DNA from: Tubiluchus corallicola
Lineage: Eukaryota; Animalia; Priapulida
DNA length: 64,000 nt
Direction: 5' to 3'
Assembly: GCA_030141605.1 (NCBI GenBank)
Contig: JAQGDQ010000392.1
Coordinates: 155,817-219,816, forward strand
Shown here piece after piece: positions 48,025 through 61,867 of this stretch. A program made the position numbers and the translations under genes. How positions within the stretch are numbered: the first letter of the stretch is position 1; every line of letters starts with the position of its first letter. The notes beneath the pieces are model-generated. The model saw only the letters and a list, made by a program, of their open reading frames with translations. It had not been told where the DNA came from and searched no databases.

Positions 48025-51000
48025 TGAAGAGTGCTTCGGCATCGTATGCTTTATTTCTTATAGTTGGTCTAGCTTGCACAAGCATTTGCCTGCATTAATA
48101 TTAATTGTGCATATTTTGTACGCCCTTTTTTGCATTTCGTGCTTCGGATAAAAATTTTATAGATTGTGTATAGCTAAAGAGTTAAACGTGTATGATACTG
48201 CAGCTGAGCTAGGTTTTGCTTAGTCATCAAGTCAAGAAAATACTTTCAGTACTGTGTCACCATGAAAACCAAAGCATGCAACTTTTAATTGTAGATGTTC
48301 ATATTGAATACATTGGCTGGATCATTAGCTGTAATGCATTGGTAGATTCAGCAGAGATGCAAATTATGTAAATATATATAATGCCATATCTAAAAAATGT
48401 TGTTCACTTTCGTATTGATATTTCATAGATGTATAAATGCGTTTTCACTTGAATTGTTTTTAACAAGGTGATCTTTATAAATAGTCTTCAGTTTCTGTGT
48501 GACTCGTTAATGAAGAAGTATTTATTGACCGTATTGTGCATTGTGAATAAAATTAGGCTTCCGTTATTCGTGAAGACAATAAGCTTGAAGATTCACAGCT
48601 CTATTATTGGAGTACTTACTTTCTCTAGAAGAGTCTTTCGTGTGAATAACAGTGCATGTTTATTAAAAATTAGCTTTGCAAACATACATGATCACCAAGT
48701 AATATTTTAATGATGCGTATAGATTTGATGGATTATTAACTGCAGGTTTACTGCAAGTTTATTTGCGTACTTGGCATTACATTCGTTGAACTTTACTCTT
48801 GTTCATCTGACATTTCACATTAATATTCTTAGATACCGTGTTTTCACACTTTATTCCGTCCTAGATTTACATGCAGTATTTGGGATCTCTACTCTAGCAT
48901 TTGCTCTTGGAAATGTTGAAAAAGTATAAAGATCAAATAATTTTTTAAGATTGCTATCAACATTTAGCAAGTTTTGTATTTGCGAGTGCCATTGTCACTG
49001 TTGAAAAATTACTGGTGTAGATAGTATGCTACGTGGTTACAAATTGATTTGCCAGTCTACCTCGTATTACAGAATCCTGTGATTATGTCAACAGTACTCA
49101 GAAAAGCTAGTACTTTGTGCAATCATACAGTCTGCCTGACGTGTAAAAATCACATTGGTAATGTTTAAAAAACTTGTTGTGATAGAAGGATACAAGGATT
49201 TTATGCAACACAGTACTGCAGTTGGGTTGTTAAATTGCATGTTCTCATCTCGTTAATGTTGTACCAAATTCATGTCAGTGATGGAAATATTAGTAACACG
49301 TTGACTAAATTGTAGTATACATTCTGTGCCTATTGACTGAAATTACTGAAATTAAAAATTTTTTTAATTACAGGTAATAACTAATGAATTTCATAGTTGA
49401 TGTTTTACTGAAGCTTTGTGTTTCATTTCACCTATTTAGTGATTTTTAGCCGAAAATACCCTGTTGAAAACCGCGTCAGTTAATTTACTTGATTTTAAAG
49501 ACGCATTGATCTTGATTGTTTGTGTGGTAATTATTAATTTTTGAATAAGTGCTTACGGTAGTGCAATTAAGTTTACTTAACTTGAAATGTTATTGAAGCT
49601 TAAGTGCCCCTTATCATGATTTACTTAGAGCCTTTGGGGACTAAGTATAACTTAAAGACATATTGTAGGTGCAAATAATATAGGTAGGTCCACTGTACAG
49701 GTGACTTATAACCTATTGCATTAAAGCTGAGTCTACTGTACAAGTTTCGTAATGATTATTTATTTTATCATTGCCTTGAAACATATGTATGTACCTGTAA
49801 ATGTTTGGTTTGACAAGTGTACTTTTTGTCAAGTGTAAGTAAGTCTAATTATTACTATTATTATTAGACGAACAGTGTGGTGTGTCTGTGAAAGTGTACA
49901 AAGGCTACATTTGCACACAGCAGTGCTTCTTGGTATATTATAAACTATTTGTATGAAATTGTTAGCTATGTAAGAAATAAAATGGTAAATTTTAACATAA
50001 GTGTAGATGCGTTTTCAATTCTGGTTCACTATTACCAGCTGCTAACAGAAAATGAATTTTGGAAATTTACAGTCAGAAATAAAAGCCTTAAATGAAAAAG
50101 CAGTACATGCAAACTAGTTTAATGTTAGTATGCTTAATTAGCATGCTACTTCATTTAAGTATTTTAAGACATAACCACATTGTTTGACACATACTCTTGA
50201 AGGTATCAGCAAATTTTCTCAGCTTGGCATGGAACCTGTTGAAATAGCCATGTTCTTTAAATGAGGTGACACCTTTTCAGCATTTCAATGAAACGTGTCA
50301 TCTGAAAATCTCACCTTTAAAATTGATTTACTGCAAGCTTATTAAATTGATGTGTTACCCGAGTAACCTGTTAACTCAATATGTCACCTGCATTACATTT
50401 TTTTGAGAAATCTAGAAGTCATTTAAATTTAAAAGCGGAGGACCCATGACTGATCCTTGGGCAATACCAATCACAGTTATAATAATATGAAAAATTGAAA
50501 ATGCGTTTAGAGAGTTCGAGAATTTAATTACATCTGAGGTAGGGGTGGACATCGGACGGCCTGGAGATCAAATTCGGATGGTAATAAGATGGACTTGAAC
50601 GATTATCGACATGTTTCTTTTTATTATAGAAATTTCGTGTTATTTTTTGTTAATCAAGATAATCAAAACAACTCTCGTAAAGTCGTACACACTATCCACA
50701 TCGCACACTACTACACAACACACAGAGTCAATCGGGAGAAATTCTAACTATACAAAATCTATCGCATTTCGGTTGCTGCTCCTCGATGCTCAAACCCAGC
50801 CTGATTTTAAGTCACCGGTGAGACTAGAATCACTAGATACTAAAATCCTCCGTAAAGGTTTTAAAAGCAAGATAATGAAAGATGCGAAAAGTTAGAGCTC
50901 TAATTCTATATTGCTGAATAATATACATTTGATTTTCATCACATTTTGTTAGTTATCATTTACAAATTACGGTTATGAATACCGTTTTATAATGGTTTAA

Positions 51001-51328
51001 GAAAGTTGCTAGCAAAGAACAAAATGTGTAAAAATTACAACTACACGAGGGTGAGGTTATTATGATTGTAAAGAAAATTGAAATACACTTGTTTCACACT
51101 TAGAAATAAAGGAGCGGTCTATTTACATCGTCACTTCACGCTCGGGGATGAACTGTAACTAACGTTCAGATGGTCTAATGATAAGCAATCTTGATAATGA
51201 TAATGATGGTCTAAGCAATCTTGAATATGTTCTTTAAGTATGGTCTAGTGTGCTTCTGTGCAAAACTGTCATTACAAGTGTGCCTCAGTAGTACTTGGCT
51301 TCTTTTGTGAATTGTGCTCATTTTGTCG

Positions 51329-54304
51329 TCAAAAAAATTGCGGATACAAAAAGGTGAGTAACAATGCTACACATGTAACTAGTGTTGCATGTGTCTGTGC
51401 AGTCTTTCTGGAAGAATTGCATAGTTGATGATGACACCAGCATCTGAATGTTCCGGTTCCTGAATGATCTATGTCATCGTAGTCACATTGGTCGTACATA
51501 CCCCATATTTCTTTTTCACATCTACGGCTGATGGAATACACTTCGTCTGCATAAAAATAAAGCCTTATTCAGATTAGCTAGTTCCTTTCATATGTGAAGT
51601 AATGGTAGGTTTAGTGAGGAAGCAATTTTTACTGTAAAGTTTAGAGTGAAGCCAAAATCAGTTACGGAAAGTATATGTAGGACTATGAGTAGGCCTATGA
51701 TCTATCACTATTTAATACTGCGACCTGCAAGCCTAAATGTCGATAAAACCGTTTGGGGTGTTTGGAGCGAGTATTAAAGGCGGTCACGCAGCCATTCACT
51801 GGCTATCTTAGAGGTTGCTTAACTTTGGTAGCTAAACACGTTCGTTACCACTTGGCTATTTATCCCTGCTATAGATAAACAAAAACTATTAGGCCTCTAT
51901 ACCCAAAAAGAAGGGGCAATAATGCCTCAGCAGATGGCCTTAAAAAGATCTTTCTTGCGGTTATACCTTAAGTACATTTCTTGATTGGATAACTGTAGTC
52001 TCTTTACTCTATAGTCCTGTTTACATTAGACAGGAAATCCAGGACATAGTCACGCAGATGCAGATCTAGCTTTCTGTGTTCAATTTCGGTGTAAACTGAG
52101 GACCGCAGGGTTGCATGGCCGGTCCCAGACTCCCTGGAATAGCTGCTCTGGCCGCTGGTTGTGAAATCACGTTACTATCAAAATAGCAATGATGGCCTTC
52201 TGGCCAAATGGGAATCTTGACCCGCCTATGCATACATCAGAAAAACACAAAAAACACCTTTATAATTTGGCGACATACGTCTAAAATACATTTCCACAAT
52301 GATAAAGGTACTTTGGTGTAGATTGCGAGCAGGTGGAGTTGGTTCTGCACTTGTTTAAAATTACACAGCAAGACCACCAGAAGGCAAGAGGACATTCTTT
52401 TTTGCTTGCATAATCTGAACACTGTGCGCTTAACTGTTTGGCAGCGAAATTGAAAAACGTTCACGCATAATCAACGATGCGCACACATTCCACGTAGTGC
52501 CAAATCAAAACTGACGGAAAAATTATATAAATTTTTACCCAGTGCATCTTATGCAGGGCAATACATTGCTATTAGAATAGCCTGCATTAAGCCACGACAA
52601 TCAATTTTATTGTGCTGCATTTTGCATAGGATGAACAGAATTTTTCACTGATTGGGCACATTATTTACAAAATTCTTCCACGTTGTTAAGAGATACGTAT
52701 CCTGGATAATAAATATTTAATTAACAGAACATTACTTCATTATCATACAATGCTTACATGTTTTGACTGGTAACATTATCCATTAACAAACGATCTGCCT
52801 ACTTCTAATGATGCAGACGCTTATTTCATGCTGCATTACAACTACACGTTTCCCTATCACGCGTAGTATGCCCAAGTTAAATCTGTGCTTGTTGCGGTTT
52901 ACTGGATAAATGGTTTTCATGCTACCATTTGACTGCAGGTTACGTGCAGTTCATCCACCAAGTCATAATTTATATGTGCTGGCTTGATTTAAATGTTAGG
53001 TCTGTGATATATAGGCGTGTGTATCACATAGGTGACAGCATTTTGCAAGAAAAAAACATCTTGACAGAACTCGTGATGATCGCGAAGCAGGGCAACCTAG
53101 GTATTTCGTCACCACTGTGACGATGGGGACATCCTGCACACTTTTGTTTTAGAAACTCAATTTAAAACACGAAACTGGTTTTGGAAATAGCCTCTCCCCT
53201 CCTACATCCCCCTCCCCCAAAACTGTGAAAGTAAAGAAATGAAGGAATGCTCATGTTAGATGTAAATTGGAATCATTCTTAGAGCACCTACTCCGCTTAC
53301 TTATGTGGGAATATATATGTAATGTGCCTGTCCAATGTACAAGACATGAAGAAGGTTCTACAAGAATTCTCTATTAAGTACCATTTCCAAATCTAAGGAA
53401 AGTGTGGCTGAACTTGGTAATGGGAACTCTTGGCCAAATTTTCTATTAAGCTACTTTTAACTACTGACTAATTAACTTACCATCGTATTTCACAACTTCT
53501 TTTGTGCAAGTCAGACATTTTTCTTTAATCTGCGACGTGTTGGCGGCTGTCAGGGCAAAAGGGTCATTGCAGGCGGCTACAACACCCGTTTCTGTCACAT
53601 ACATGCAGTCATAACAGCTGAAGTGTTGAGATTTTACTGCAAAAACAGTTAATACATAATTCACAGTCAGTATGATTTACCTGCACGATATGGCAGTAGT
53701 TGACAAAGAAGCTCTCTCATTTTGAAAATGTAACAGCCTAACGGGTCACGCGATGGTTTGGGCACAGGCTGTTAAACGCAAAAACTTGCAGCGATGTCTA
53801 GAGAATTTAAAAAAAGTAACGGACAAGAACACCGTGAACCCTCTTTTTTCCCTGCTCCCCAGCTAAACTTTTTTAGATTAGTGTAAAAATTAAAATCGTT
53901 TTCTGGAAAGGTAAGAGCCTATTTTCTGCACTGGGAGGCGCTTTTATCTGAATTATAGTTTAGTTAATTAAACAAGTTCATACAACACAATTAGTTCATC
54001 CAATGATAATAGTTTCACGATGAAAATTTGTTTTTTATCTCTTGGGTAAATTTTGATATAAATACGAATATATAAAAAAATCAGTGGAACAGATGGGACG
54101 AGAGAAACACAGACGCCAGACGGCATATCCTATAGTTTAACTATTTATTACCAGTTTATTAGTGTTAATCATCCAAACGTAAAGGAACTCTAAAGCCTAA
54201 ATAAACTATCATTTATATATCCGCTGTAATTATCCTTTCACTACGTACTCACCAAAGGACAATATCATCAGTTCAACTATGATCACGCAAAATTTATAAT
54301 TCAT
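51329..54304 (-). CDS. GPI-anchored three-finger (Ly6/uPAR, quiver/sleepless-like) protein, ~141 aa
   Basis: Exons: 54304-54253 (signal peptide MNYKFCVIIVELMILSF), 53636-53481 (SCYDC..ACNDPF..KCLTCTK), 51546-51329 (RRC..C..RCWCHHQLCN plus hydrophobic tail LVTCVALLLTFLYPQFF). Ten cysteines in the mature domain, phase-1 introns, canonical splice sites. Confidence 0.88.
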
Positions 54305-54619
54305 TTTGGAAAACACGGAACATATTGTACTTCATTTTCAAAAGCAGTCGTTCTTTCATGAACGTATACATAAGGGGAAACGTACGTTCATAGTAACTGC
54401 AAACAGCAAAAGCAGCAAACAGGACTTTGTCCTGCACTAATGTACATAGCATATACACCGTTGCAAGAAGACTGAAAAAGTGTGCTGTGTTCTTAGCGTA
54501 CGTTTACAAATGAACCCAGGCGAGATCAAAATATTAATTTATTTATTATAATTTCGTTAATTAACTTATAATTAAACTAACTGAAAATATTATGAAGTTC
54601 TAACACAGGTTGCCTAGAT

Positions 54620-54740
54620 GAGTAGGTAGGTAAGCAGGCAGGTAGGCAGGCAGGCATGTAGGTAGGTGAGTAGGTAGGTTGATAGATAGATGGATGGATG
54701 GACAGATCGATGGATGGATAGACAGATGGATGAATAGACC

Positions 54741-54790
<50 letters not shown>

Positions 54791-54797
54791 TAGATAA
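54620..54797. repeat. compound tetranucleotide microsatellite (TAGG/CAGG/GATG/GACA)
   Basis: Direct reading. Confidence 0.9.
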
Positions 54798-55504
54798 AAT
54801 ATTTATTAACCAACATTAAAACAATACATGCACAGAGGAATTAGGTGTGTAATTGTATGGTGCGCTCGGGAGTGGAAGCAGCATACCAGTCAATCGTAAT
54901 TATAACTGGACTGATAGTTGTCAATAGCGTCAAACTATTCTAAGACAATAATTAACATAATTAACCTAATCAAAACGCATATAAATATATAACGTGTAGA
55001 GCAATCACGCACATAATGGCTAACACAATCAGAAAAATCAAGTCAAATCAAATCAAAGCACATACTTATATACTGGGCAAAAAAGATTATTAAGGTTATA
55101 AGAGACATCGCCGGTTCACCAGAAAGCACGTCATCCATTACGTTGCGCTTGTTATACAATCACATTGGAGCAGTTTGTTTTCGAAAATTTAATTAGCTGC
55201 TAAGCCTAAGTTGGTTACATTTTCTAAAGGTACAGCTGCAGCATTTACCACAAACATCGTTTTTCAAAAATTTACACTTAGCATTTACTGAATTCTAATG
55301 ACGTGCAAACTCGTTTTGAAATATTTGGCAAGATTTATTTATTTAAATTTTCTAAGTTGATAAGAATGTGAGACTGCTGTCTTCATACTACCTTTTATGT
55401 CGTTAATACCTGCATAATTAATAGCAACAAAAATAATCATTGTTGATGGTACAAACCTACAATTACTTGAGTTTTGAAGCCAAATTTAGAAAACAGAAAA
55501 TGTA

Positions 55505-55580
55505 AAAATGGATTTGAACCAGGGACCTTCTGGCTACCTGCCGGACGCCACGACTGTTAGACTACCGTGTTCTCCAGCGA
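55505..55580 (-). mobile_element. degenerate tRNA-derived SINE head
   Basis: Minus strand GGTAGTCTAACAG (A-box-like)...GAAGGTCCCTGGTTCAAATCC (B box). Confidence 0.45.
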
Positions 55581-57513
55581 TCATGACAATCCAAAGTTCA
55601 TTCAATCCAAAATAATATCCAAGGTATAGTTCAAATCCAACGTTTTCTAGTTTTCAAGTTTAGTCTCAAAATACAGTTGCGCGTTTATACCATCATTAAT
55701 AAAAAATCTTGCTGTTATTAAGGTCGTAAATAAGAAATTATTGCTACTTAGTAATAAGAGGACAATTCTGTTGATGAAACATTACCGTAATGTTCAAAGT
55801 ATTTTTTATACATTTGTCGTTTATAAGCCTGGGGATGCTACAATTACTGCATCTATTATAAGCCTATGTTCTGAAATTACTGATTTCCGCGGAGAACGTA
55901 GATTAACAAACGGGAAAATAAGACTAGGATAATTCTGCGTCAATATGATCTTCAACGTGATCAAAACATAATCCCTCCTCTCTTCTTTTTGTTTGGCTGA
56001 TACAAAACATCAAGAGGTTTTGCGCTGTCAGATGCAGGCTGAGATGATAGCTATGATAACCGTGCAAGCTTCAGATTAAAGTCAAGCACACAGTGCCAGA
56101 TAATGTGCCTCATACCGTGACCTTTCTTTCTCAACCACGGGCAGCAAACAATAGACAAAGCTAAAAACCTAAACGGTAACTAGATAAATGCATTTGAGTG
56201 AAATGTAGCGATCGTAATAACGTCCAATGCAGCATTAAACGAACCTGGTTGGAGAGTGAATCAAATCAACGTTAAATTGCTTATTTGTTTCGTCTGAGCG
56301 CGAGCTAAGACGAGGAATCGGAAAAAACAAGTCGGGGGAAGATTTTGACGTATTTAGTTAGACAGAGCAGAAACTTGCTTTTCTATAAGAGAAGGAACGA
56401 TAATAGATTTAAGAAACTGCCACATGATCTTTGTAAAATTTCTTCTTAGAAATTTTTCAGCATATAGGTGTAACCAGAAGACAGGATTATTCAACATGCC
56501 GTCTTGACTCCCCATCACATTCTACCTGTCACATCTACAAATTGTTATTTACAAAGTGTTACAATGTTACAACATTTATTATTGTTCGATTTTCGTGATA
56601 CTCTGAGCTTGAAATTTCAAATCTTCTGGTCATTTATTTAGAACTTTAGGTATCCATAATAAATTTCTTTGTGTACGTTAGTGTACCACAGCAACATTAC
56701 AACTGTGACGTAACATGCGTGTAAAGCAAACCGTCTGCTGCACCAGTTCAGCCACTTCGGTTGTTTTACGTGGTTGATTAGTCTGTGGGTAGAGTGATTT
56801 ACTAGCAGGATCTTGCTTGAGAACAAGAAAAAATGAACTAGATAAGGTTCTAGCTGGCTGTTAAAACTGTTACTATTACAATAGCTTGGACTGCGAGGCG
56901 TTGACAATTGTACACAAATGCGTTGTCTGGTACACTTAACTTTTGACCTTTTCACGATCATCATCAATCGCTGGAACTGTGAAAAGGCTTATTCCGATTT
57001 TGATAGCAAGATTTTTGTTGGCCAAACACAGAGGTTTTCGAATGCAGTTGCACACGTTAGACTGTATAACTTTTATTCGTTATTATGCTTACAAGTTTGA
57101 TAAAATCCTAGCTGAAATTTTTAATCCTTTCCTTGCCTACGTCGAAAATACATACTTTATAGCAGCACTGTTGCTACTAAAATTACACGAACGCCTTTGA
57201 GATGTTGAAGAAACACCATTCCATTATAGACAAATTGTTTGTAATGAAATGGTCTTCCAGAATTGTTCTAATGAAGTGAGGTCATACGTTCATGTAGCTG
57301 ACCACGTGATTTTGCACTCTGTCCCTCTCCGGGTCACAGGGAACCTCTCTATAACCAAACGAACTTCCTAGAAAACGAAACTAAAACTTTACATGTGGTA
57401 AAGCCTTGAAAACGTGAAGAGTTGCATGCATACTTCCGACTCTATGGAAATAAGCAACGAGAAATTTTACGTTGGAGTCCCTCAAAAGCTTTGTAGACGG
57501 AGGATACTGGTCC

Positions 57514-58237
57514 TGCTCAAGTGCCCACTGCACATGTATCCACTACCAAAGTATTTATTGCCAAAGGATTCTCTGCCCAAATGCCATTGCCCAAGTGTTT
57601 ACTGCCCAAGTGCCCACTGTCCAAGCGCCAATGCCCAAGTGTTTACTGCCCAAGTGCCCACTGTCCAAGCGCCAATGCCCAAGTGTTTACTGCCCAAGTG
57701 CCCACTGTCCAAGCGCCAATGCCCAATAATCCGGTGCCCAAATGTCTGCTGTCTAAGCTTCTACTGCCTAACTATCCATTGTCAAATAACTGTTGCCCAA
57801 GTGTCCACCTATAAGATGAAGATGACTGCTGCCCAACTGTCGACTGCTGAAATTACTGCTCCTGAAGTGTCCACCTACAAGGCGACTGCTGCCCAAGTGT
57901 CGACTGCTGAAATGACAGGTCCCAAGTGTCCACCTACAAGATGACTGCTGCTCAAGTATCCACCTACAAGATGACTGCTGCTCAAGTGTCCATTTACAAG
58001 ATGACTGCTGCTCAAGTGTCCACTTGCAAGATGACTGCTGACCCAAGTGTCCACCTGCAAGATGACTGCTACCCAAGTGTCCACCTACAAGATGATTGCT
58101 ACCCAAGTGTCCACCTACAAGATGATTGTTGCCCAAGTGTCCACTGCCGAAATGACAGCTTCCCAAGTGTCCACCTACAAGATGACTGCTACTCAAGTGT
58201 CCACTGCCCAAATGTTCGCTGCTGAAGTGGCTGTGAC
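57514..58237 (+). repeat. compound minisatellite built from a 15-bp CCCAAGTGTCCACTG-like unit (44-bp and 30-bp higher-order repeats)
   Basis: Three identical 44-mers CCCAAGTGTTTACTGCCCAAGTGCCCACTGTCCAAGCGCCAATG at 57590-57721, then about 14 copies of a ~30-mer GCCCAAGTGTCCACCTACAAGATGACTGCT from ~57795. Confidence 0.92.
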
Positions 58238-59224
58238 TGTATAGGTCTATGCACACTAGAACGGAGCGGGTATGGATCATATACCTACTAGTCCAATGTC
58301 TCGTGCCTTAAACGCCTTGGTAATAAACCAGGTAATGGCATAATTAACCACAAAGAATAGACCTTGACATTGATTTGAGTTCGCATAACACTATATAGCC
58401 TTGCCGAATGGTATAATTTTTTCCTACCATGTCTAATTAATTACAGTTATTGTTGAGCGATATCTCGCGGCAGGCCTTTTGCTAAATCCTTTTTCAGGTC
58501 TAAATCTCGGTACTGAAGGCGTCACGTCGTATCGCATCAGGCGTGGAATAGACCAGGAATCTAATTAGTGCAAATTGGCGCATACACACCTCACTGAACA
58601 CAGCACCTAGTTGGACAAATTAGAATCGAATTAATCTACGACTGCGAGCTGAGACTGAATGCGGGGATAAATGACAACTTATTATAGACTCTTACAAATG
58701 ATTAACTTGGCAGAAGCAAATCCGAGCCTGACCGCAATAACCAATAGGTATAATAAGCCATCGGAACTGATGTTTCCCTGGCCATAATGCATTGGTGAAG
58801 TAGTACGCCATTCAGGCTGTTCCGCTGTATTCGTTATTATGTACATATGGATTAATTGCATACAGTTCAGCTATACGAACTTGATCAAAATTTACTGATG
58901 TTTAAATCTAGAAACTGAATTCCAACTTGCATTGTACTGATATTAATAATAACATGGAAATAATTTTTAATGGCGTGAACTGATACAGTTAATAAAAATT
59001 TACACAACAAAAATGAAAAAAAAACACCGTGTTTCACTTTCATGTTTGTGTGAAAGAAAGGGTCGAAAAGCCGCAAAAGATCACCTAACCTAAGGAATAT
59101 TTTTCTAGTTTTATAATGTTAACACGCCCAGTAATAAGCGTAAAATCTAAAACAGGAAATAGAAACATGCGGAATAGAACTGACTGAAACAATGTTTTGA
59201 ATGCTATTACTGATATTCATAAAA

Positions 59225-59342
59225 AATGAATGGATGAAAGAAAGGGTGGTTGAATGAATGAATCAATCAATGAATGTGTGAATGAATGAATAAATTAATT
59301 AATTAACCAATGAATGAATAAATGGACGAATAAACGAATGAA
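59225..59342. repeat. degenerate (TGAA)n microsatellite
   Basis: Direct reading. Confidence 0.75.
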
Positions 59343-61613
59343 AGAATAACCAAATACTTAGATGGGTTACGGATTCCGGATCTGCTGAATAATTACTTAC
59401 AATACTATTTTGGGATAGCCGAACACACGTGTTATACTGTTGTTCGGTAAATTTTGGACTTTTTGCTTGGAAGAAGTCCTCGCAAAGCACATTAACAACT
59501 CAGTTCTCCCGAGTCTTCAATTAATTTAATTCATTCTGATTGGCTCTAGCTTACTGAACGGTATGTGTTAGCTTACTCGTCTGCGTACGCTTATTCTGTC
59601 AGTCGCCACGGCTTTAAAAAGTTCTAGTGCAACTTTAAATTTTATTTGCATGCAAACAATGTGTTCTGTAAGTTTAGCAAGTCACCTATTGAGTGAGCAC
59701 GAATAAAAAATTCAATGGCTTCTCTGTCTTGCTCAGGTGGTTTTCAATCTCTGCATTAACGCATTAATTGGGTCAATTCTAACTGCTTTCTTCAGACAGT
59801 TTAAAAACTCTGTTTAAATGTCTTAAGTTAATGAGACGATTAAGCTAATTATTTTTCTGCCTACTGAGCTAGTTTGTGAGAACTACCACTTAATTAGCTA
59901 ATAAATGTAGTTTATGGTAGAAGTATGAGCGTTATGTCTACTGCATTATGGGAAAAAACTGAGAAAACAGCGTAATGGCAAGGAAATTGTAATTGTGGAA
60001 ATTAAAAAGTAATGAAACGCGACTTGCTGTGACAAAAGATTTATGTATGTGTAGAAATTTTGGAACTGTAGCACACGTGTTAGGTGCACGGCGCGTTTGA
60101 TTTTTTACCAATACTGCATTTTCCATGTCGCGTGGCATGCACTCCTAGTGAATTCTGGCAGCAATGCGCTGAAGTCTTTAGTAGGCAAGCGGCATCTCAC
60201 AAACAACAGAGCAATGATGCAACATGTAAACATTTAGTTCACTTCCAATCTTTCTTTTCTTCTATGGTTTGTACTAGTTAATGTAACTATTATTTAGTAA
60301 AGTTATTTTGTTTTCAATATTTACTGTAACAAAAACTTTCAAAGTGGAAGAAAAGGCAATTTTAAAGTCCCAGAAAACTTTTCACGCAAAGGTACTCGGC
60401 ATTGCGTTTATCTGTTTGAAAGATTTATGTAACTAGAAAAAAATCTTAGCAATTTAAAATGTTCGAGGCAACAGGTAAAATGTCACTGACTCGCCAAAAA
60501 CGTATTTTGATCTTATCGATAAGATAAAGTAATTTATGCTTTTGTTTAGTTAGTGAAGTGTTTGCTACGAGTGCTCTGAATATTTTTTAAAACGTTATGC
60601 GATGTTATCTTAAGTTGCTTCAAACGACTTATCGCCTAACGGTCATTGCGGGAGTTTAAATTTTCAAATTTTATATAACGTTACTGGTAGTGCAAGCTCT
60701 GTGTGCAATAAGACAACATGTAAGTGATATAAAATTTCAAGACAAATTTTTTAATGTTTATTTATGAAGAGTGTTTTCCTGTGTTTTAAAATAACCTCAC
60801 GGTATATCAATTTAGTAATAGAGTAAACAATAGGAAGTGGCGGACGCTGTCAAAACTGATGAGTCGGGACTTGATTGTCTAAGTGATTCTGCTGCAAAGT
60901 GCGGCAATTACGACTCACTTCAGCAAAACTGAACTGAACTGCACGCCAGACGCTAGACTCTCGACTGAGCAATAATTACTCACTTCATAAAAGAAATCAA
61001 AGCTCTTTGAATCGTGGCCAGAAAACTAAACAACGAAGATTGGCTAGAAAACTGCCTATTTGGAGACTCAACAACCGTGCAACATAGGCCTTTAATTTGA
61101 CTGCTTTTTGTTCGTGGAAGCGTTTCGTGTGATTCGTTACTGAGAGGAAGGTGAAGCAGCTTTGAACTCGTGATTAAATGTTTTTTAGTTTTCTTTGTAC
61201 TCTTCTTATAATGTGGAACGAACCATATCAATGTCTGCTCGTTTATTCACACCTCTTCATTTGTTTCAAATTTGATTCAAAACGAGTTTTTGTTTATTAA
61301 TTGGCACAAGTTGACGTAATCAATTAAATATGTCCATCTGCAAGACTATTTAACGCTACATTAATTGAATGGCAGAATTTTTTCCACAGTAAAGCAGGCA
61401 ATCAACAGGTTCTGGGTTCGATTCTGGGCTTAGGGTGAGCTTACGATTCTTCCAAGCGGTATACCGCTGCATGCAACTGATTCATTGGATTGATCAAATT
61501 AGTTCTTTATTGCAAACTTTGCAAACATATCATACATATAATTAATAAAAAACAGATCAGACATAAGTACTGTAACACGTTTGGGTAAAACAAAATGAAA
61601 CACAAAAAGGACT

Positions 61614-61867
61614 GATGATGATGATAATAATAATCTTTATTTAAAGTCGGCAATTAGCATTAGCTCAAAGAGCTATTTTTGAGCTATTATCGCCGACTGT
61701 AAATAACAACCTACAACTGCATAACAGAAACTATTATTACCCCACTTTTACCTAAATAACAGCAGGTACCATTTTTAAAGTCTTTGACGTAACCCGACCG
61801 CTGGTTCGAACACACGAGCTCCCAGACGGAAAGCAGACGCATTACCACTAGACTGAACCGTCTGGTC
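61614..61867 (-). mobile_element. intact tRNA-derived SINE with Meta-like domain (same family as the split copy at 27.4/30.1 kb)
   Basis: A box CAGTCTAGTGG, B box GTGTTCGAACC, central CAAAGACTTTAAAAATGGTACCTGCTG, tail hairpin GTCGGC...GCCGAC, and AATAAAGATT(ATT)(ATC)n end. Confidence 0.8.

Noticed and set aside
57414-58280. Several overlapping 65-176 aa ORFs with Cys/Pro or 10-aa repeats
   Set aside because: They are by-products of the stop-poor minisatellite: open in multiple frames on both strands, with frame shifts between units.
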